Positions 1-10,200 of a DNA stretch of 55,792 nt are shown piece after piece. The DNA is taken from NCBI GenBank assembly GCA_014874295.1, contig JACWAL010000003.1:1-55792 (forward strand), read 5' to 3'. How positions within the stretch are numbered: position 1 is the first letter of the stretch; every line of letters starts with the position of its first letter. Origin of the DNA: Candidatus Micrarchaeota archaeon (GTDB lineage Archaea; Micrarchaeota; Micrarchaeia; Micrarchaeales; Micrarchaeaceae). The notes beneath the pieces were generated by a model, which saw only the letters and a program-made list of their open reading frames with translations, ran no database searches and was not told where the DNA came from. Both the position numbers and the translations under genes were made by a program.

Positions 1-175
1 AAATATGGCTTGTCATCGGAAGCACATGATTACGCCGTTCGACGACAGGTTTTTGCACTAAGGCAGTGTGAGAATTTTCCTGTCGTCTAGGCGTGAAAAT
101 ATTAAACTGTTACAAGTTGGTAAAAACCGTTAAATATCAAGACGACATATATGCAGGCATCAAGATGGAGTGTGT

Positions 176-829
176 ATGGTAGGCACCACAAGCATTTTAC
201 GACCTAAGGGGCTGGATCTGTCATTTGACGTAGACAGCGTAACTGCCGATACATCTAGTTCCATACTACGCATAATCAATGCCAGCAGGGGTACTAGTTA
301 CACCATGGAAAACATCGATTCATGGAACTGGTTTGCCGACACCTCCAAGGATCACAGCCTCAAGTTCTCTTCTGTTTATATTGCCGCATGGGAGGATTAC
401 AAGTCGATGAAGCCGCTTGTAAGTCAGGGAGAACTCCAAGAACTGTCACTTGCATATAACTTCCACTTCGTGACCGAAATGCTGCCTGGCGCCAGAAGGT
501 ACCTAAAGGAATTCCTTGGGATGAATTTTCCTGACTTGCATGCAGAACTGATTTTTAGGGAATCTGGCAGCGGCAAGTTAAACCTCCAGTTCGGGCTCTA
601 TGTCGATGACAACCCATCGCTCGCCGAACAGATCGAGAAAGATGGTGGGAAGACCCTCTTCCTGGTTAGGGGTTCTTCTCCGGAAACAAAATATAAGTAT
701 AACGAGCACATAAGGGAAAGCGAAAGGGTGATACACGTGGCCGATACGCACGCGGCGGTCCAGCGCCTCATGGCGCTCGCACGCACATCGGAAGAAAACG
801 CTCAAACAAAAACTAGGAATGCGAAATGA
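176..829 (+). CDS. hypothetical protein
   Basis: Open frame with genome-typical codon bias. ATG at 176 (GTG at 170 also possible). Its stop overlaps the next start in ATGA (826-829), suggesting an operon. No motif recognised. Confidence 0.45.
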   Translation: MVGTTSILRPKGLDLSFDVDSVTADTSSSILRIINASRGTSYTMENIDSWNWFADTSKDHSLKFSSVYIAAWEDYKSMKPLVSQGELQELSLAYNFHFVTEMLPGARRYLKEFLGMNFPDLHAELIFRESGSGKLNLQFGLYVDDNPSLAEQIEKDGGKTLFLVRGSSPETKYKYNEHIRESERVIHVADTHAAVQRLMALARTSEENAQTKTRNAK

Positions 830-1479
830 CTGATGCGAAAAGATACCAGGCAAATGGCAGGGAATCCGGAAGACACGATGGGCACGAGCTGACGCTGCTG
901 CTCAGGAGGACGGTGCCTGTGTGCTGCACAATAGAGGATATGCAGGAGCTGCCGCTTTGGGTCACCTCTGCCTATCTGCTTGAGAATGGGACTAAGATGC
1001 CGTTCACGAGGCGCAACGGCCGTGGTGCCTTCCTCGGCACTACAAGGAGGATCACGATAGCAAACAATGTACACACGGCCACTACTGCAGTCATATTTCC
1101 AGGTACTGAGTTGCGCCCCGGAGCGTTCGTAGACGAGTATGCTGTCATACGCCGCAACGTCAAGATCGGCAACTCCGTAATCTACAAGTACGCGGAAGTG
1201 ATGGGCGGGGCGATCATATCCAAGGACTGCACGGTGGGCACCGAGGCGAAGGTCGGCGAGAAAGTAGTGATGAAGCAGGGTTCTACCTTGGGGTACTTGT
1301 CTGAGCTCGGGCGTCGCGTGTGGCTGCTCAGGGACGTTACGGTCGGCCATGACACCCAGATCGGGGACAACAGAACGGTCTACACAGATGTGCCGAGTGG
1401 GAAGGTGCTGGGACCAGTCCCAAGGCGCGGCAGCCAACAATATACCTCGATGGGCATACCGCAACTTATAAATATATAG
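826..1479 (+). CDS. beta-helix repeat protein (hexapeptide-transferase or bactofilin-like)
   Basis: The C-terminal half has an imperfect short periodicity of small, hydrophobic and Gly residues (NSVIYKYAEVMGGAIISKDCTVGTEAKVGEKVVMKQGSTLG...VTVGHDTQIGDNRTV), typical of left-handed beta-helix proteins. Translationally coupled to the upstream ORF. Confidence 0.45.
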   Translation: MTDAKRYQANGRESGRHDGHELTLLLRRTVPVCCTIEDMQELPLWVTSAYLLENGTKMPFTRRNGRGAFLGTTRRITIANNVHTATTAVIFPGTELRPGAFVDEYAVIRRNVKIGNSVIYKYAEVMGGAIISKDCTVGTEAKVGEKVVMKQGSTLGYLSELGRRVWLLRDVTVGHDTQIGDNRTVYTDVPSGKVLGPVPRRGSQQYTSMGIPQLINI

Positions 1480-1586
1480 CGCATGAGAAATATACTGAAG
1501 CATGTGGGAATAAGGCTTCTTAGGCTTAGGCACTGCTTCTCTTACAGGTAACGTCATTATTCGTTGTATTTAAGCATGGTGAAGAC

Positions 1587-2858
1587 ATGGCAGACAAACC
1601 GCACATGAACTTGATTTTCATAGGGCACGTCGACCACGGAAAGTCGACTACAGTCGGAAGGCTCTTCTACGAGACCGGAGCGATATCGGACAGAGATCTT
1701 GCCAAGTACAAGGAGATAGCTGCTCAGGTCAACCGCCCAACATTCGAATTCGCGTTCCTGATGGACTCGCTGAAGGAGGAAAGGGAGAGGGGAATCACGA
1801 TTGACATAGCGCACAGGGACTTCCAGACCGACAAGTACTATTTCACGGTCATAGACGCCCCTGGCCACAAGGACTTCGTCAAGAACATGATCACGGGAGC
1901 TAGCCAGGCCGACGCGGCAGTGCTGGTTGTCAGCGCGGTCGACGGGGTAATGGCGCAGACGAGAGAGCACGCGATACTCGCGAACGTGCTCGGCATAAGG
2001 CAAATAGTCGTCGGCATCAACAAGATGGACGCGGCCAAGTTCGAACAGAGCAAGTACGAGGAGGCGAAGAAGGGCGTGAGCGATCTGCTCAAGGGCCTCG
2101 GCTACAAGGTCGAGAACATATTGTTCGTGCCGTATTCTGCTCTAGAGGGCAGCAACGTCGCGAAGAAGCCGACCACCATGCCATGGTACAGCGGCCCATC
2201 GCTGCTCGACGCGATAAATGCGTTCACGGTGCCACCGAAGCCGATGGACAAGCCGCTCAGGCTGCCGATACAGGACGTCTTCAGCATATCAGGATTCGGA
2301 ACCGTTCCTGTTGGACGGGTTGAGACAGGAGTGATGAAGCCGGGAGACAAGATCGTGCTCATGCCGAGCGGGCTCTCCGCGGAGGTCAAGAGCATCGAGA
2401 TGCACCACAAGCAGCTCAACCAGGCCGAGCCTGGAGACAACGTGGGCTTCAACATAAAGGGCATCGAGAAGAAGGACATCAAGAGGGGAGATGTGGTTGG
2501 AAGCCCGTCCAATCCTCCCACGGTCGCAGCGGAGTTCACCGCCCAGATAATAGTCCTGCACCACCAGAACGTCATAGCGAAGGGATACACCCCAGTCTTC
2601 CACGTGCACACCGCGCAGATAGCGTGCACGATAACAGACATACTGGAGAAGAAGGACCCGAAGACAGGACAGGTGCTCGAGAAGAACCCCGAGACCATCA
2701 AGACCGGCGACATAGCCGTCATAAAGGTCAAGCCGACGAAGCCGCTCGTAATAGAGAAGGCAGCTGACTTTCCGCAGCTCGGCAGCTTCGCCATAAGGGA
2801 CATGGGCGAGACCGTGGGCGCGGGCAAGGTCATAGAAGTGACCCCGAGGCAGCAGTGA
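1587..2858 (+). CDS. tuf: translation elongation factor EF-1 alpha
   Basis: GTPase motifs [14 protein letters not shown] and NKMD. Full-length 423 aa. Followed by S10, the conserved archaeal arrangement. Confidence 0.97.
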   Translation: MADKPHMNLIFIGHVDHGKSTTVGRLFYETGAISDRDLAKYKEIAAQVNRPTFEFAFLMDSLKEERERGITIDIAHRDFQTDKYYFTVIDAPGHKDFVKNMITGASQADAAVLVVSAVDGVMAQTREHAILANVLGIRQIVVGINKMDAAKFEQSKYEEAKKGVSDLLKGLGYKVENILFVPYSALEGSNVAKKPTTMPWYSGPSLLDAINAFTVPPKPMDKPLRLPIQDVFSISGFGTVPVGRVETGVMKPGDKIVLMPSGLSAEVKSIEMHHKQLNQAEPGDNVGFNIKGIEKKDIKRGDVVGSPSNPPTVAAEFTAQIIVLHHQNVIAKGYTPVFHVHTAQIACTITDILEKKDPKTGQVLEKNPETIKTGDIAVIKVKPTKPLVIEKAADFPQLGSFAIRDMGETVGAGKVIEVTPRQQ

Positions 2859-2868
2859 CGGTGTTTGG

Positions 2869-3183
2869 ATGGCGGGAGGCACAGCGACCATAAAGCTCGT
2901 GAGCACGAACATACAGTCCCTGAACACCATAGCGCAGCAGATCAAGACGATAACGACCGCGCTTGGCGTCAAGTACAAGGGGCCTGTGCCACTCCCTACA
3001 AAGCACATCAGCTACTCCACGAGGAAAACACCAGCGAGTGACGGCTCCCACACCTTCGAGAGGTGGGAGATGCGCTTCCACAAGCGCCTGATCGAGATTG
3101 AGGGGAGCGAGCAGGTGCTGCGCCAGGTAATGCGCATACCAGTGCCTGACAACGTCCAGATCGAGATAGGGCTGAGCGTCTAA
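2869..3183 (+). CDS. rps10: 30S ribosomal protein S10
   Basis: 104 aa with IKL...LPTK...TRKTP...G..TFERWEMRFHKRLIEI, characteristic of S10. Lies 10 nt downstream of tuf. Confidence 0.93.
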   Translation: MAGGTATIKLVSTNIQSLNTIAQQIKTITTALGVKYKGPVPLPTKHISYSTRKTPASDGSHTFERWEMRFHKRLIEIEGSEQVLRQVMRIPVPDNVQIEIGLSV

Positions 3184-3397
3184 GCGGCATCGCGCCACGA
3201 GTAACGTCGCCCAGCTAACAGCAGCCTTATGCGCTCGCGTAGCCCCCCTCTCAAATCGCAGTACTCCTTTGATTCATCGCTCTCATCAAGACTGCCATAA
3301 GTCTCAAGTGAGTGCCTTGTGCATCCTTCCTGTGTTTTACAAGGCATGCTGCGCAGCACGCAAGCTTTTTGGGAATATTCCCTGTGCGCGGCATACC

Positions 3398-3613
3398 TTA
3401 TCCTCTTCTTACCTTTATCTCGTCTATGAACCTGTTCAGTATGAAATGACTTGCATTCTGGGCGAGTATCTCCACGCTGCCATCATAAACGTTCCTTACA
3501 TAACCGTTTATACCATACTTGTCCGCCACGCTTTTCACAAACTTCCTGTACCCGACGCCATGGATGCGGCCGTACACAAGTATGCGCAGGCTGCTCAATC
3601 CAATGCCATCCAT
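3398..3613 (-). CDS. acyP: acylphosphatase-like protein (short, possibly C-terminally truncated)
   Basis: VYGRIHGVGYRKF and NGYVRNVYDGSVE match the acylphosphatase signatures. At 71 aa it is shorter than the usual ~90 aa, and the last strands appear to be missing. Confidence 0.7.
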   Translation of the reverse strand: MDGIGLSSLRILVYGRIHGVGYRKFVKSVADKYGINGYVRNVYDGSVEILAQNASHFILNRFIDEIKVRRG

Positions 3614-3643
3614 ACAATCTGACTTAACCTATCTGAAAACAAG

Positions 3644-3652
3644 TTATTTAAA
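3644..3652. promoter_or_regulatory. TATA-like box (TTATTTAAA), shared by divergent tRNA-Gly and acyP
   Basis: AT-rich element about 29 nt upstream of the tRNA-Gly 5' end, and about 35 nt upstream of the acyP ATG on the other strand. Confidence 0.45.
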
Positions 3653-3676
3653 GTCTTAGAAGAGAGTATAAAAAAT

Positions 3677-3750
3677 GCGACCGTAGTCTAGCCTGGTTAG
3701 GACATCGCCTTGCCAAGGCGGTAACCCGGGTTCAAATCCCGGCAGTCGCA
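3677..3750 (+). tRNA. tRNA-Gly (GCC)
   Basis: Hand-folded cloverleaf. Acceptor GCGACCG/CAGTCGC has one C-A mismatch. Anticodon stem TCGCC/GGCGG, loop TTGCCAA. T arm CCGGG-TTCAAAT-CCCGG. Discriminator A. CCA is not encoded. Confidence 0.9.
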
Positions 3751-3784
3751 TCCTTTACTCTTCTGGCACGGCATCGAAGCCCCT

Positions 3785-4537
3785 TCAGTGCATGGACATG
3801 TACGCGCTCCTCACCCGCCCGCTGCCTTCCGACAGAAACTCCGACGAGACAACCCGCAACATGGCTTTTCTGTCTAACGACTTTGAGCAGACTATGATGT
3901 AGCTGCCCAGGAATATGTGTCGCATCCTGTAGACGTGGCGGAAGTGCCTCCTCAGCCTGCGCAGGTATATTGGAAGGTAGAGCGCGTTCGGTGCGTAGTT
4001 TATCGCCAGTATGCCGTTGTCGCTGAGCGCGTCCGCCGCGTCGGAAATGAATCCATCATGCAGGAATGCGGAAGGTATGTGCAGCGATCCGAGTGCGCCC
4101 CACTCCACAAAAGCGTCCTGTATGATTATGTCATATGAGCCGCTGCGGCCCACGACATACTTCGCGCCGTCGCCGTGGATGATTCTGAATCCATGCCTGC
4201 CTTTCGGGAGGAACTTCCCCGCGAGCCTTATGCATTCCCTGTCAGTCTCCGCCACGTCTATCCTCACCCTCTTTCCGTACATGCGTGAAAGCAGGAATGG
4301 TATCGTGCCCGCGCCCAGCCCTATGACGAGCACGTGTGGCTTCCTGAAAAGCAGCGGCAGCGGCAGGAAGTAATCGTGGTAGGTGCCGCTGAAGTTTGAT
4401 GCCCCGTTGAGCGCGGAATATATTATGCCGCTGGCGGTGAGAAGCCTTCTTCCTTTTTTCTCGATTATCTTGTATCCTGTGCCGCCGCTTTTGCCCTTTG
4501 CGAGCGTGCGCCATCCCAGCCTTTCAGTTAATCCCAT
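3785..4537 (-). CDS. spermidine synthase-like class I SAM-dependent methyltransferase-fold protein
   Basis: VLVIGLGAGT (motif I), RIDVAETD, IIHGDGAKYV and YDIIIQDAF follow the PABS/aminopropyltransferase-like layout. Confidence 0.6.
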   Translation of the reverse strand: MGLTERLGWRTLAKGKSGGTGYKIIEKKGRRLLTASGIIYSALNGASNFSGTYHDYFLPLPLLFRKPHVLVIGLGAGTIPFLLSRMYGKRVRIDVAETDRECIRLAGKFLPKGRHGFRIIHGDGAKYVVGRSGSYDIIIQDAFVEWGALGSLHIPSAFLHDGFISDAADALSDNGILAINYAPNALYLPIYLRRLRRHFRHVYRMRHIFLGSYIIVCSKSLDRKAMLRVVSSEFLSEGSGRVRSAYMSMH

Positions 4538-4649
4538 CCAATCCCTGCAAAGAACAGCTGTGACATCTCAGCAAGCCAATAAATAGCTCTACGGCACCGT
4601 GTTGTGTCTTAATATTTGCCTGCGATAAGGATAAAAGAAGGCGACGGCG

Positions 4650-5444
4650 ATGGAACTGCCGGACATCATGGCATCGGGTGGCGCGGCTTACAGGGTCGAG
4701 GTAGTGACTACGGATAACAGGAACGCGTACGCGCGCATCAGGGGCTCCACCATTACGATAAGTCTGCCCAGGCGCATGCGCCGCGATGACGCGGAGAAGG
4801 TTGTGCTCAGCCTTTACACGAGGATGAAGAGAAGCATCGAGAGGCATCCTGAAAGGTACGCCCAAAGCGCGGGCAACGGGCTGTCCTTCAGCGACGGGGA
4901 TTCGATGACGCTTTTGGGAAGGGCGTTCACGGTGTCGGTATCAGAATCGCGCAGGCCGGCGCGTACCGCAAGTGCCCGCGTCGACGGGAATGTGGTTCGC
5001 ATAGCATTGCCGCCATCGCTCGCTCTCGCTGCATCGGTAGGGCTGCCCGTCAAGATAACAAGCCACGCAATCGCCAGGGTGCTTGGACCTGCCCTAGACG
5101 AGAAAGTTCGTGCGATCAGCTCCGCGCACTTCGGCGCCAACCTCGGCAGGGTCAGATTCTCTCATGCGAAAATGAGATGGGGCACGTGCACCTGGAGGCG
5201 GGGGGCGCCACCGGACATAAGCATAGGCTTCCGTCTGCTGTTCATGCCAGAGAGGTTCATGGACTATGTAATCGTGCACGAGCTGGCCCACACCGTGCAC
5301 CACAACCATTCGAAGAATTTCTGGAGTCTGGTCGGCTCGATAGTGCCGAACTACAAGGAGATACGGAAGGAACTGAGGGACAAGGGAGACGCGCTCATGT
5401 TGCCGCCCGCGCATGGCGATGCCGATGCATCATGCCCTGCATGA
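4650..5444 (+). CDS. M48/YgjP-like (DUF45) zinc metallopeptidase
   Basis: RWGTC...YVIVHELAHTVHHNHSKNFWSLV contains HExxH in the YgjP-family context. Confidence 0.8.
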   Translation: MELPDIMASGGAAYRVEVVTTDNRNAYARIRGSTITISLPRRMRRDDAEKVVLSLYTRMKRSIERHPERYAQSAGNGLSFSDGDSMTLLGRAFTVSVSESRRPARTASARVDGNVVRIALPPSLALAASVGLPVKITSHAIARVLGPALDEKVRAISSAHFGANLGRVRFSHAKMRWGTCTWRRGAPPDISIGFRLLFMPERFMDYVIVHELAHTVHHNHSKNFWSLVGSIVPNYKEIRKELRDKGDALMLPPAHGDADASCPA

Positions 5445-6551
5445 CAGCGCATCGTCGACGAACCTGGAAACCTTCGCGTCATCCGTCACGATTTCCTTGC
5501 CCTGCGCAATGTGCTGGAACTCCCACTGTGGGGCATACAGCTTCCTTATCTCATCCATGCTGAGTCCGACGTTGTTGCCGCGGCAGAGCTCAACAATGTC
5601 GCGCGCGAATATCTCTGAAGTATCGAGTCCTTTGGGTTTACCATGCCTTACTCGGCTGCCGTCCCTGCTGAACAAGCTCCACGATCCCCTGTGCCCTGTC
5701 CCGGACTCGTCTTCATTGTTCGCGAAATCGAAGTCGATATGCGCGCCGTCCTCTAAGTACATGCGCACGCGCTTCATGCCACTGCGCGCGCCCTTTCCCA
5801 CCCTGATTGTCGCTTTCGCGCCCGGCCTGAAGCGGCGCCCGCTTACGTCCGCGAGCGCCTCGATTCCGGATGCGTCGGCGCCGTAGTCCTTGTTGAGCAC
5901 GAATAGGTTGGCGTCGCGGAGCGCCACAGACTCTGCCTTCGCGCCGTGGAAGAGGACCTCGTACGGGTGTATCCAGTCCATGAATATGCCGCCCTCCCTG
6001 CTGGAGAACAGCCACTTCCTGTGCCTGTCGGATTCCCTGTACGGCTCGAGGAAGGTTGCCGCGAGGCCCGTCACCTTTCCGTGGTCGCGTTCCATCCCCG
6101 AGAGCACTCCGTCCATCGTAAGAGTGAGCTGCTTGTGCAGGTAATGCAGGTGCAGGTATGTCTTGCCGGAATAGCCATTGGTTGATATCAGCCTCGTTAT
6201 GTCTTCGAAGTCGCGCTCGTTCGTGGCTAGCGTCTTCTCGACCACCACGCACTTGGCGTTCTCGAGGCTCTGCACGGCCTGCCTATAGTGCAGGCTGTTG
6301 GGGCTGGACACGTAGACGGCATCGATGCCATCGAAAAAACCATCGGGTATGGAGCCGTCCATGCTGCCTATGAAGTAGCTCCCTGGGCCTATCCCAAGCT
6401 CTCCCAATTTCTGGGCGCGCTCGGCGAAGCTCTTCGTGCCCATCGCCTTCGCGATCGATATCGAAGAATCTGCAAGCCCCTTCTCAAGCCTGTCGAACCA
6501 GTGGCCGAGCCCTATCACTCCAAGTTTAACCTTATCGTCGGAACCTGACAT
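5430..6551 (-). CDS. Gfo/Idh/MocA family oxidoreductase
   Basis: N-terminal Rossmann motif KLGVIGLGHWF after ATG 6551. The longer frame to 6758 would run over the divergent promoter, so it is not used. The 3' end overlaps the convergent gene by 15 nt. Confidence 0.7.
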   Translation of the reverse strand: MSGSDDKVKLGVIGLGHWFDRLEKGLADSSISIAKAMGTKSFAERAQKLGELGIGPGSYFIGSMDGSIPDGFFDGIDAVYVSSPNSLHYRQAVQSLENAKCVVVEKTLATNERDFEDITRLISTNGYSGKTYLHLHYLHKQLTLTMDGVLSGMERDHGKVTGLAATFLEPYRESDRHRKWLFSSREGGIFMDWIHPYEVLFHGAKAESVALRDANLFVLNKDYGADASGIEALADVSGRRFRPGAKATIRVGKGARSGMKRVRMYLEDGAHIDFDFANNEDESGTGHRGSWSLFSRDGSRVRHGKPKGLDTSEIFARDIVELCRGNNVGLSMDEIRKLYAPQWEFQHIAQGKEIVTDDAKVSRFVDDALSCRA

Positions 6552-6674
6552 TGTCTCTACCTTGCGGCTAACAGTCACTTTATGGCATAGCCGTTTAAAT
6601 ACATTACGACGACATGGCGTACGCCAGATAAAATATATATCAATCTGCCAGTGCAAATAGGTAGCAGTGGGGGC

Positions 6675-7181
6675 ATGGCCGGCTACGTCGCGTTCGTTGA
6701 CCACAGGCTCAGCGGCGCAGCCAGGAAGGAAATCGCGGCCATACTGCCTGATTGCCATATGACGCCGTACAGGATAAGCGGCAGAGCCGTGCTGTTGAGG
6801 ATGGAAACGGATGCAGCAAAAGCGGCGGAGCGCATGAACGCGGGCACGTTCGTCGACTTCGCCTTCCGTGAGGATTCATCGGTCCAGGGCTGCGGCACCG
6901 AGAAGATATGCGATGCGGTCGCGCGGCTGGCCGTGGCAGAAGGCATCCGCGCGATAAGGCTGGAGGCGAAAAACGTCGACGCAAGGCTGGGCGCATCGGC
7001 CAAAGCGGTTGAGGTCGCAATCGGCCAGGAACTTGAAAGAAGGGGCGTCGAGGTCGATCTAGCCAATCCAAAGACCATATTTTACGGTCTGCGCAATGAG
7101 GGATCGGTGACAGACCCGGCAGCTCACACGCATTTCCCCAATCGCACGCACAAAGTTTATATAGGTAAAGTAAGAGCTTAA
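6675..7181 (+). CDS. possible THUMP-domain RNA-binding protein
   Basis: RLEAKNVDARLGASAKAVEVAIGQELERRGVEVDLANPKTIFYGL resembles the THUMP C-terminal core (..VdL.nPd..). ATG 6675 sits about 35-45 nt downstream of an AT-rich TATA-like element. Weak call. Confidence 0.4.
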   Translation: MAGYVAFVDHRLSGAARKEIAAILPDCHMTPYRISGRAVLLRMETDAAKAAERMNAGTFVDFAFREDSSVQGCGTEKICDAVARLAVAEGIRAIRLEAKNVDARLGASAKAVEVAIGQELERRGVEVDLANPKTIFYGLRNEGSVTDPAAHTHFPNRTHKVYIGKVRA

Positions 7182-7202
7182 TAATCAGATTTTGGGGGTC
7201 AA

Positions 7203-10200
7203 ATGGACTTGCGTAGCCTCTGGGCAGCCTCTGGCAAGGAAGGCGGTACGCCAAACAAGAATCCCGCCCACAGCGGCGTGGCCTCTGGAACGGCCGGCGG
7301 TCATAGGCCCGATTATAGGCATGCCGCAATCCTAATTATGGTGTCTGTCACCATCGCGATTGCCGCAGTCGGCATCGGCACGTACGCGCACAACCAGCGA
7401 CAGGCCTCGATACCCAGGATGCAGTGCGCCCGCCTGACCGAATACGAATGCGTTTCTGCCTTGATACGGGAGAACGGTTCCATCATGGTCAACGTCACCA
7501 ACACCGGCGCATCCGCGCTCAGCATAGGGTCGGCCGGGTGCAACACCGACCTCGCGAATACGCCGCAGGAGCGGGTCAACATAGCGATAGGGCCAGGTAG
7601 CACGGCGTCATTCCCTCTGCAGTGCTACAATGACATTGCGCCGCTCTCCAGCATAAACGTGCTGTCATCGTACATACTGCTCAACACCTCTATATTGCCG
7701 GGCGTCTCGCTGACCGCAGCCGAGAAGCTCTACAACGTAATAAACGGCACTGAGCATACAGTCTTCACTACCGTGTCCACCGTACCAACGACCACGACTT
7801 CCACCTTCCCGAGCGCGTCCACCACACCTACCATCTCCACGACAACTGTGCCGACGACACCAGAAGTGGGTGGGGGCTTCGGCGGTGGAGGATTCGGTGG
7901 CGGCGGCGCTGCCGCAACGACGACACCCTCGACAACAGTTTCCATCACGACCATGGCAACGACGACAATAGCAGAGGTCGTCAGCACCTCCTTCAGTGCG
8001 CTGACGCAGAGCAATTCGGCGTACGTGCCAGGCACATGGACCAACGGCAACTACGTCACCGTGGCGCTAGCGTGCTCGGCCACGTCTGGAACGTGCAACG
8101 CGACCTATTACTGCACAGACACTGCGAATGCATGCCCCCCTTCGGTCAAGTACTCATCTCCAGTTAAGGTCAGCACTGCCGGCATCAGTTACATAAGGTA
8201 CTACAGCACCGACAACGTGGGTCACAGCGGATCCGTGAAGAGTAATACCATAAAGATAGACTCAAACATACCCATTACGGCAGCCACCGCGGTCACCGCC
8301 TCCGGAGGCGCGTACGCGTTCGGCACGCACCAGAACACGTCCTACGTCAGCGTCAGTCTCTCATGCAGCGAGTCGCCGAGCGGGTGCAATGCTACCTATT
8401 ACTGCACAGACACCTCCAGCACGTGCACGCCCACATATAGATACTCGGTGCCAGTGGTCGTATCGCTGAACGGGACGAGCTACATAAGGTACTACAGCAC
8501 GGACAATGCCGGAACATCTGGCGCGGTCAAGGGCAACATCATAGACCTAACGGTGCCGCAGGCGTCGCAGTTCGGGGGCAAGTGGGTGAGCGCCTACTAT
8601 GCCGCGTGGCAGCAAGAGGCCAATAATCCCGCGCCGAACAGCATAGACTACTCTGCAGTAAGCCTGATTGTGCACTTCAACATCAACCCGTACGCGAACG
8701 GCTCGCTTGACCTGTTCAATGGCTTCAACAACCCGAACGTGTCATACGCCGCGATATCGGCGGCGCACGCACACGGCAAGAAGATAGTCATAACGGTGGG
8801 CGGGGCGTACGATGGCGCGCTGTACGACGCGGCGATGAGCCCGTCGAACGTCTCGGCGTTCGTCACCAACCTCGTGAACTTCATGACCGCAAGGGGCTAC
8901 GATGGCATAGACCTGGACATCGAGCCGATAGAGAACGCGACGCGCTTCCAGACGTTCGTGCCCATGCTGGCCAATGCCATGAAGGCAGCCAACCCGTCCG
9001 CCATACTCACGATCGCCTACGACGGCAATTACAGCTACGCCGTGCCGGTGCAGCAGTACTTCCAGCAGATAAACATAATGTCATACGACATGTCTGGAGC
9101 CTTCCCAGGCTGGGTAACGTGGTTCAACTCCCCGATATACAGCGGGGGTTGCATCTTCAAGAGCACCCTTAGGCCGGTGCCATCGATAAACCAGTCCGTC
9201 AGCCAGGCGATAGCGGCAGGCATAAACAAGAGCAAGATAGGCATAGGGATCGAGTTCTATGGGGCGGTCTGGAAGGGCGGCATAGGTGTGCCGAACGGCA
9301 CAGGCACGTCCTCGTCTCCGGGGGTATACGGCCCGTGCCAGTCATGGAACCTCTCGTCCAGTAGCTATTATCCGGCGGTGAGCGAGGACGTGGCGTATTC
9401 GACGCTCGCCAAAGAGTTCGCATCATATCCTGTCTACTGGGACAGCGCGGCCCGAGAGTCATACATAAGCGTGGTCAACAAGACCAACCAGGCAAACAAT
9501 GAGTTCGTCTCGTTCGACAACCCGCTGGCCGTGGCCGCCAAGGCGCTGTTCATAAAGCAGAGGGGTATAGGCGGGGTGATCCTCTACGAGCTGGGCGGCG
9601 GGTACATATCGTCGAACGGCACCGAGCCGCTGCTTGAGGCGGTGAAACAGGCCTTCGCCAACGGCATCATACCGAATTCAACGACGTTCTACGTAACGAG
9701 GGCGCCGCAGATACCCGACAACACCACGAAAGTCAGTATAAGCGCCCGCGCCACCAACCTGTACGGCATCGCGAACATGAGCATATACGTGGACAACTCG
9801 ATAGCGGCCACGTGCAAGGCCGCGTCCGCATGCAATGTCACTGCCGGGCCGTTCGTGCCCAACACCATACACACCTACTATGTGTCCGCCATAGGCAACC
9901 CGCCGGGCAACGTGCCCAACGCAACGCAGACCTACACGTTCAACGTCATACCCCGCGATACGACCCCCCCGACGGTATCGTTCGTCTATCCGTCCAATGG
10001 CATGACCGTCAGCAACACGGTGGTGGTGAACGTGTCATCGACAGACTCGGGCACCGGTGTGGCGAGCGTGAAGCTCTATATCGGCAATACGCTTCTAGGC
10101 ACCGCTACTACTGCCCCTTACAGGTTCCCGCTCAACACCTGGCTGTACGGCAATGGGGCAAAGACGCTCACCGCCTATTCCACCGACTACGCCAACAACG

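Noticed and set aside
2102-3008. 243-aa and 239-aa minus-strand ORFs
   Set aside because: They are antisense to tuf (EF-1 alpha). No motifs. Typical shadow frames.
3269-3622. 117-aa plus-strand ORF
   Set aside because: It is antisense to the acylphosphatase gene, which has clear family signatures. No motif of its own.
7764-7967. Thr-rich and GGGFGGGGFGGGG-encoding low-complexity DNA, considered as a microsatellite or repeat array
   Set aside because: It is in frame inside the GH18 ORF and behaves as a Thr/Gly linker between domains. It is not a regularly spaced nucleotide repeat.
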